From assembly GCA_951406725.2 (NCBI GenBank), contig OX597822.1, positions 55,800,001-55,864,000 of the forward strand: 64,000 nucleotides of DNA. Reading direction: 5' to 3'. How positions within the stretch are numbered: the stretch's first letter is position 1; every line of letters begins with the position of its first letter. This DNA is from Octopus vulgaris (lineage: Eukaryota). Both the position numbers and the translations under genes were made by a program. Below, in pieces: positions 56,277 to 64,000 of the stretch. The notes under the pieces were generated by a model. The model was not told where the DNA came from. It searched no databases and saw only the letters and a program-made list of their open reading frames with translations.

Positions 56277-56432
56277 CGACGGCTTCTTTCAGTTTCCGCC
56301 TACCAAATTCACTCACAAGGCTTTGGTCGGCCCAAGGCTATAGTGGAAGACACTTGCCCAAGTTGGCACGCAGTGGGACTGAACCCAGAACCATGCGGTT
56401 GGTAAGCAAGCTACTTACCACACAGCCACTCC
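56015..56432 (-). mobile_element. Full-length 23738-type SINE
   Basis: Colinear match to 23738-24162. Confidence 0.85.
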
Positions 56433-56453
56433 TATATATATACATATATATAC

Positions 56454-56489
<36 letters not shown>

Positions 56490-56495
<6 letters not shown>

Positions 56496-56868
56496 TTAAT
56501 AAGGGTGAGAGAATTAGATACTAATTTAATAGTATATTTATTCAACACCAAGTGGCCTAGTGCTACGAGAAACCTGGATTATTATAATATTTTATAACAT
56601 ATTATAATATTTTTACAAAATAAATATAAGAGAGTGGTTTCAACCACGAAAATACATGTTTCCCATGAAAGTCAGTACGATTGTTAGCTCACACGGACAG
56701 GGCAAATAAAAAATAAATCTGTATTTTTGTTATTTTTTATTTGCCCTGTCCGTGTGAGCTAACAATCGTACTGACTTTCATGGGAAACATGTATTTTCGT
56801 GGTTGAAACCTTTTGGATTAACTGGTGCTAGAGTGAGCAATATAGTGACCACTCTCTTATATTTATTT

Positions 56869-56875
<7 letters not shown>
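56490..56875. mobile_element. (TA)n-flanked foldback with ~80-bp near-perfect inner arms
   Basis: ggtttcaaccacg..aaaaaataa (~56636-56717) inverted at ~56731-56810; outer arm resumes after a ~37-bp insert. Confidence 0.8.
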
Positions 56876-56913
<38 letters not shown>

Positions 56914-57402
56914 TCAATAATAAAAGGGTAAAACTAATTAATTATTAATTAATTTTACCAAGTAGTGTTCAGTATGTAAAAAGACCATTTACGGTATATT
57001 TAAGACATTACGTTATATAATTAGGGTTCATATACATTCATACACATATGCAAATATGGCTACAGGACGTCACCAACAGTAAACATGAAATACGAAAACA
57101 AATGAGTTCAATACGCAAACGAGAGAAACATCTGTAAAACAGGACAAGTAACACAAAGAATGACCCTTCATCAGTTGTCGGCTGTCCATCTACTCCTTAT
57201 CTCAAGCATTGAACAACAATATGATTCTTCGAAGACAGCTGCTCCCATAAGTACCAAAATAAAATTTGGGATTTATGGAGGGTCGAAGTTGGGAACAAAA
57301 ACGGGAAACCAAACGAAAACAAACATGGTGGGTCGTTAGACCAGAACCAGGGTAAAATAGATAACGCTGGAGAAATATTTTCTGTGGCAAGAGAAAAGAT
57401 AG

Positions 57403-57403
<1 letters not shown>

Positions 57404-57443
<40 letters not shown>

Positions 57444-57650
57444 ACACACACACACACATACATACATACATACATACATACATACATACATACATACATA
57501 CATACATACATACATACATACATACATACATACATACATACATACATACATACATACATACATACATACATACATACATACATACATACATACATACATA
57601 CATACATACATACATACATACATACATACATACATACATACATACATACA
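57404..57650. repeat. (CA)n(CATA)n microsatellite
   Basis: Directly visible. Confidence 0.95.
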
Positions 57651-57964
57651 TTAGCAGGGTTTATGCTTCTGTCATAGTTTTTCAAGTTATAAATAGTACT
57701 TTAATCTTAGCTAAAATACCTTGCTGGAGCACCGCCTTTATACGAGAAAATCGCCCCCCAGGACTTATTCTTTGTAAGCCTAGTACTTATTCTATCGGTC
57801 CCTTTTGCCGAACCGCTAGAATATATTGGTGTAACGAGAATACCGGTGTAATTATTTGCATTTTCATTATTAATACGTTCTGGCATTTTCAGACGCAAAA
57901 ATGCTATTTTGCACTATGTCCAGTGAGATCTGAACAATGTTTTGTAGATTGGTGTAACTAGAAT

Positions 57965-58182
57965 ATTGGTTTCAAATTTTGGCACAATGCCCGCAAATTC
58001 GGCGGAGTGCGTAAGTCAATTACATCGACTCCAGGGTTCACCTGGTACTTATTTTATCTACCCCCGAAAAGATGAAAGACAAAGTCGACCTCAGTAGGAT
58101 TTAAACTCAGACGGTAAAGACAAGCGAAATGCCAATAAACATTTTGCCTGACGTGCTAGCGATTCTGCCAGTTCGCCGCCTT
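57965..58182 (-). mobile_element. Diverged Nin/Deu-domain-like SINE
   Basis: Same core and head as the 29901-31047 copies. Confidence 0.75.
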
Positions 58183-59118
58183 GGATTAACCAGAATATTA
58201 GTGTAAGTAGAATACTGCTATAAGCAGAATATTAGTGTAAATAGATTCTTGACTGACTAGAAATATTTGGCACGAAAAATATTTGGTAAACTAAGATCAA
58301 TACCTGTTCAATGTTTAAAATATTTTATTTATATTTATATTTGCTAAATAGTAATTAAATCATTTATCCGATTCTTTCATTTAATGGAAAATATAATTGA
58401 TTGTAGACAAACTTAAAATATTTTCATACTAAAAACCCCCCATTATTTTGACAGCTGAATATCACAGCCTATGACCGATAGTGAATATTGTGATTTGATC
58501 TGCACTTTTGTGAACAAAAGAAGCGGTCGAGGGGGGAATGGAAATCGATATACAATCAAAAAGAACGACAGGTATTCTATATTAAGCTTTTATTCCAATA
58601 TTAATAGAAAATTCAATTTGTATTACTTTCGCTTCAATTGGAGAATTATATTCACTAGGAAAAGGAAAAAAAAGGCAATTGAAAACTAGAAAAATAACAA
58701 ATATTAAACCAAACCAATTCTCCTGATCTCAACGTGATAGATACAAGACTTATTATTTCGATAAATAATACCGGCACTCGTCTGTTTTATCTCATTAATC
58801 TTATCGACAAGGATGAGAATTAGAGAAATTATCGTCTGTGAGATGGTACTTCATGATTTTTTCTAAAATAAGTCTACAAAACTAAAATACTCTATTTGAG
58901 ACGAAAAAAATTATTAGTCATTAAAATGTATTTCAAATGAAATGTTTATTTAGCCTGGAATAAATAATATAAGGAAATAATAACATTATTATCGCACAAA
59001 GAAGATGGCAAACAAAACCTTAGAGACTTGTACATTCGTAGAAGTGGTTCTGCCAACTCGTGTTTCACTGTGGAATGTTGCACATTGCTTGCTCAATTAA
59101 TCTCTGGCCTATATCTCT

Positions 59119-59597
59119 TTCATTTCCGTACACTGGTTACATATAATTAAGACACATTCCAGTGTCCACTTCACTGCTTAAGTATAATCAAGTAATATTT
59201 CAACCACCTTCATATTCTTACACTAACGATGCATAATCAAACCAGAATTCAAGTCACTTCTGTTCTCTACGCTCATATAACGAAATGAAATTTCTGTCTT
59301 TTCAGTTTTGAAGACTGGATAGAAGTAATGAAACCATACTTTCATGTGCCTTCATTTTCTAACACAAGTTACATATAAGGATCCATAGATTGCTGGCTCT
59401 TCACTTCCGCCCGCTGGTTATATTTAATCATTTTCAATGGGGCTTCACTTCCGTACAATGGTTATGTATAAAATCAATACAAAGTTTGATGTCTTCTCAC
59501 TTCCGGTACACTGGTTACACGATATGAAGCCAAATTTCAATTCTGTTTCACTATCTTACACAGGTCACATATAACCAAACTATATTTCCCTGTTTAC
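59119..59597. repeat. Degenerate ~49-bp minisatellite (~10 units)
   Basis: Recurring ttcacttccgtacactggttacatataa-like starts at ~59119, 59209, 59254, 59301, 59351, 59400, 59444, 59497 and 59547. Confidence 0.6.
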
Positions 59598-59697
59598 TTT
59601 AAGTTAGTTGCCAAAATTTAATGAAGTAATTGAAACAATTACAAGAATCAAATGTAAATAACATGAGAATTCTTAAGTAGTAGTAGTTGTTGTAGCA

Positions 59698-59941
59698 TTG
59701 GGTTGGTGCATAATTATTGCGGCTTTTTTTTTTTTCAACAAATTTTATTCAACAAAAGCAATAACAATATTTAACAAAAACATCTTTAAATGACGGTCTG
59801 ACTGTCTGCCAAGCAAATGGGAAGTAGATGGTGAATATGCTCCGGAATAATAATTTAAAGATGTTTTTGTTACATGTTATTATTGTTTTTGTCGAATAAA
59901 TTTTTTTGAAAAAAAGCCGCAATAATTATGCACCAACCCAA
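59698..59941. mobile_element. Mariner-derived MITE
   Basis: ~95-bp inverted arms starting TTGGGTTGGTGCATAATTATTGCGG; centre resembles a transposase C-terminus (LPSKWE..DGEYAPE*); TA on the right flank. Confidence 0.85.
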
Positions 59942-60209
59942 TAGTCGTAAACAACAGCATTGCTGTTTTTCAGTCTTTTCGGTCTTTTCGCTTTTCAGTC
60001 GATGATTCACTTCTAAATAATATTCTGACTAGACTTCTGTCGCAAAGCACTGGTCTTTCGGATTTTTCACCGATGTTTGCATCTTTCACTGATATAAATC
60101 AACAAAAGATACACCCATACACTCACACACATATGCGCGTACGTACACAATTGTACACACACAAATATGTTATTGCATACAGATTCTTATGGGGGTAATA
60201 GTAATTAAG

Positions 60210-60600
60210 AAGTTAGAAATTGGGCCTGCTGAAGTAGTAAAAATTCTCCGACAGCCACTTCTGACTCTTTCTGGAGGTATGATAAGGAACCAGATTCTAC
60301 TGCTACACATATGGCCTTTCAGCAGCAACCCTCTCGCACCATGGTTTAACCATAGTCTCCAACAACTTCACATAGCCGGATCAATTGAATTTAGGCACAG
60401 TTCAAAGATGAGGGTAGGTGGGTAAAAGCCGGCATGCAGAAGTAGTCAAAATGTTTGCCATGTACCTTCCTGCTGATCCAGGCTTCGCAGTTTCCTTTGC
60501 AGCTCTCATTTTCACTTCTTACAGCCTTTACAGTGTTCACAGTGCCTTGAGCAGCAATTATAATGTTGGCATTTTGATACTCGGTGCAAATCATCTTGAT
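60210..60600 (-). pseudogene. Tc1/mariner (maT/DD37D-like) transposase remnant
   Basis: YVKLLETMVKPWCERVAAERPYV*Q*NLVPYHTSRKSQKWLSENF. Confidence 0.7.
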
Positions 60601-61134
60601 ACAGGTAACTCTTTTCCAATATTTAGATGGCTTTCAGCCTTCTATATCAATTGACTTTTTCTCAGCTATAACTTTAATCTTTATGCTCTCCAACGCCAAT
60701 GCACTAAGCTGTTCCTGAGAAGAGGAGATAAAAAAATTCGTCAAAATTAGCTCTAGCACTCTGTACAGTGTTTTTGCTGACGAAAATCCATAACATAAGA
60801 GTAGATTATGATCTACCGTCCCTTAATTTCCAGAGGAATTTGAAACCGAATAAATATAGATTCTGATATCTTCGACATTTGAATGTATTGTATGTTAGTA
60901 TTGTGTAATTCCTTACAATATTGTCTGTGAGTAATGTTATAGATACTGTATATATAACTGCTTTAGAGAACCAATGCTTTCTAAGAAGGCAGGCTGAAGG
61001 ATTTCTGAAATAAAAATTATTGTGATGCTAGTTGTATAAATGTATCGGTACGGTTGTGGTGAGAGATCCGAGAAGTACGCGAATTTGTGTGTGAGTGGGG
61101 AGTATGTGTGTGCGTGTGTGGGGGGTATGTGTGC

Positions 61135-61197
<63 letters not shown>

Positions 61198-61975
61198 CGT
61201 GCGTCCGTGTGCGTGATTGTGGAGTGGATCTCATTTATACCAAAGAAGTCTACCTGAAGATTCATGCTCGTACCTCCTTATAATAGGAGTGCCCATGTTT
61301 AAATTGTTCCTGCAGACTCTGCTACTTATTTCGGCAGTAAGATTCATAATCATAGCTGGGGATGTTGCTATTGGAATTGTCCTGTATGTATATAATTTCG
61401 GTGTTTGTGATTGGAGTGGCATATTAAATGCGCGCTGTGATCGAGTAGGACACTTGCAGAAACATCTGAACTCTCATCATATTTTTCAAGTTTTCGACAC
61501 TTCTACAAGGCTAGATTCCCTGTGTACTAACTTGAACATTAGAAAGTCACAGCGACCAATTCAGAACATATTTCGGGTATTAGTTTGGAATGTAGAAAGG
61601 TATAACGTAAGGTGACCAGTATTATGTATGGTTGGCTATACATAGCATAAGTTCCCGACATGTACTGTACATGAGACTTACAAATAGGGAAGCTGTTAAG
61701 GGAAGATGAACGTACGTTTACGATGCAGACAGATTACATGGACTATATTAGCGAGTTAGTCAACAGTGAATTGACTGGGATAATAAAAAATAACACGTGT
61801 TGGGGCGAGTAAAGAGAAAAAGGGTCGTAGGTAAATACTACAAAGCAATATGAGTTTAGTGTCATAACGATGTGACCTCCCATCATCTCCATCGTTGAAC
61901 ATGGATAAGATGTTGATAATTAAGATTCCCAGCATTGATTCCCGATTAGGGGCTTTTGAAAGTGGTGGTGCTTAA

Positions 61976-62615
61976 CCCTTTAGCATTCAGGTTTCGTAGT
62001 GAAATATACGGCTTACTTATTCACATTGTTTGGAGTTCATTTTCCATTGTTTTGTAGCTTCAAGATTTCGATGATGTGATTGTAAATTTTTAGAATAACA
62101 TTGTAGGAGAGGTGTGACAGGTTGGATCTCTCTTTACTCTTTTACTCTTTTACTTGTTTCAGTCATTTGACTGCGGCCATGCTGGAGCACCGCCTTTTAA
62201 TCGAACAACTCGACCCCGGGACTTATTCTTTGTAAGCCCAGTACTTATTCTATCGGTCTCTTTTGCCGAACCGCTAAGTGAGGGGAACGTAAACACACCA
62301 GCATCGGTTGTCAAGCAATGCTAAAGGGACAAACACAGACACACAAACACATGCACACACACATCTATATATATATATATATACATATATACGACAGGCT
62401 TCTTTCAGTTTCCGCCTACCAAATCCACTCACAAGGCATTGGTCGGCCCGGGGCTATAGTAGAAGACACTTGCCCAAGATGCCACACAGTGGGACTGAAC
62501 CCGGAACCATGTGGCTGGTTAGCAAGCTACTTACCACACAGCCACTCCTGGTCAGTTTTAGCACAAAACACATAGAATATTGGGGCTTGTTACGGCAGGT
62601 TTAAATACTAAACGG
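61976..62615. mobile_element. piggyBac-like MITE interrupted by a SINE
   Basis: TTAA-ccctttagcatt ... aatactaaacgg-TTAA. Confidence 0.65.
62129..62548 (-). mobile_element. Full-length 23738-type SINE
   Basis: Colinear match to 23738-24162. Confidence 0.85.
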
Positions 62616-63251
62616 TTAATCAATATAATCCATTCGGTATACTAATTGCTGCTTATTTTATTTATCTAGAAATTATGAAAAAGATTGCTACCCCTAGTGG
62701 GATTTGATCTCAGAAACTAGACTTAAGTAAAAATTCCTTTTAGTTTGCAAATTAAGTCAGCCAATCTAATATTCTTCGAACAATGATAAACAATTCAACA
62801 GCAACAACAACAGCAGTTAGCAACAGCGACGCTATCCATAACATCCACACTTGATGAAGTATATTTTCATTATGTTCAAAAGCCGTGACTCCATTAATTA
62901 TTTTCACAACGCATTTTTGATTATTTATTAGGCAATTGAAGATTGCTTCCATATTTTCTCTGCCACACCAGGCAAATTATATCACTGCTTATTTATGTCA
63001 ATGCTATTAATATATCATTGTGCTTTCAAGGGGTAAATTACATACTTAGAGTAGTTTACACGAGCAGACAACCTAACATAGCAATATATCAAAATGATTT
63101 TCCTAGAAATGATATAGATAGAAGCGAAACGAACAGCAAAATGCAGTATATTACATATACACAATTATACATTCATATAAAGTATTTATCGATATAATGC
63201 ATGCATATACACTAATTCATACACATAAATGTACACACTCGTATACACACG

Positions 63252-63646
<395 letters not shown>

Positions 63647-64000
63647 GTTGGTAGGTAGGTAGGTATGTGTGTGTGCATATAAATATATACGCCTACACAT
63701 AAACACAAATACACATTAACAAACGCATATATGTATGCAACACGTATATATGAAAATAAGTGTGTGTGTGTGTTATGAGTGTGTATATGTGAATGTGTGT
63801 TTGTATGTGTCTGTGTGCCTGCGTGTCTGTGCACCTCTGCCACAATGATAGAAGAGAAGGTAAGACAGAAAAAACCGAAAATGCCCGTAACTTTATATAC
63901 ACAGATATAATTTTGTATTTTTACAATATAGATATATCCTCGCATACATAAACTCACATGAATACAAACACACACACATATATATGTATATGTATGAACA

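Noticed and set aside
59119-59597. CRISPR-like array
   Set aside because: Eukaryotic context, highly degenerate repeats, spacers related to each other, no cas genes
61217-61615. 132-aa ORF
   Set aside because: Non-ATG start, no recognisable domain, no splice evidence

Overview
AT-rich, microsatellite-saturated eukaryotic non-coding DNA (intronic or intergenic). The repeat repertoire looks like a coleoid cephalopod, probably Octopus; that is my recognition of the families, not a database result. No intact host protein-coding gene can be supported, and most listed ORFs are translated microsatellites. The window is a nested transposon graveyard. It holds several tRNA-derived SINE families, mariner/Tc1 remnants (one near full length), pogo/Tigger, hAT, piggyBac and Merlin-type MITEs, and Helitron-like elements. 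It also has fragments of RTE, L1/Tx1, CR1/Jockey, R4-like and CRE-like LINEs, and two Penelope-like elements (PLEs). The most striking signal is a dense set of type I hammerhead-ribozyme (HHR) motifs in several unrelated carrier sequences. These carriers are a near-identical 507-bp tandem repeat with one complete HHR per unit (retrozyme-like), a tRNA-headed Pol III SINE ending in a minimal HHR, long foldback elements with an outward-facing HHR in each arm, and PLE 3' repeats. All RNA structures were paired by eye, and none is shown to be transcribed or catalytically active.
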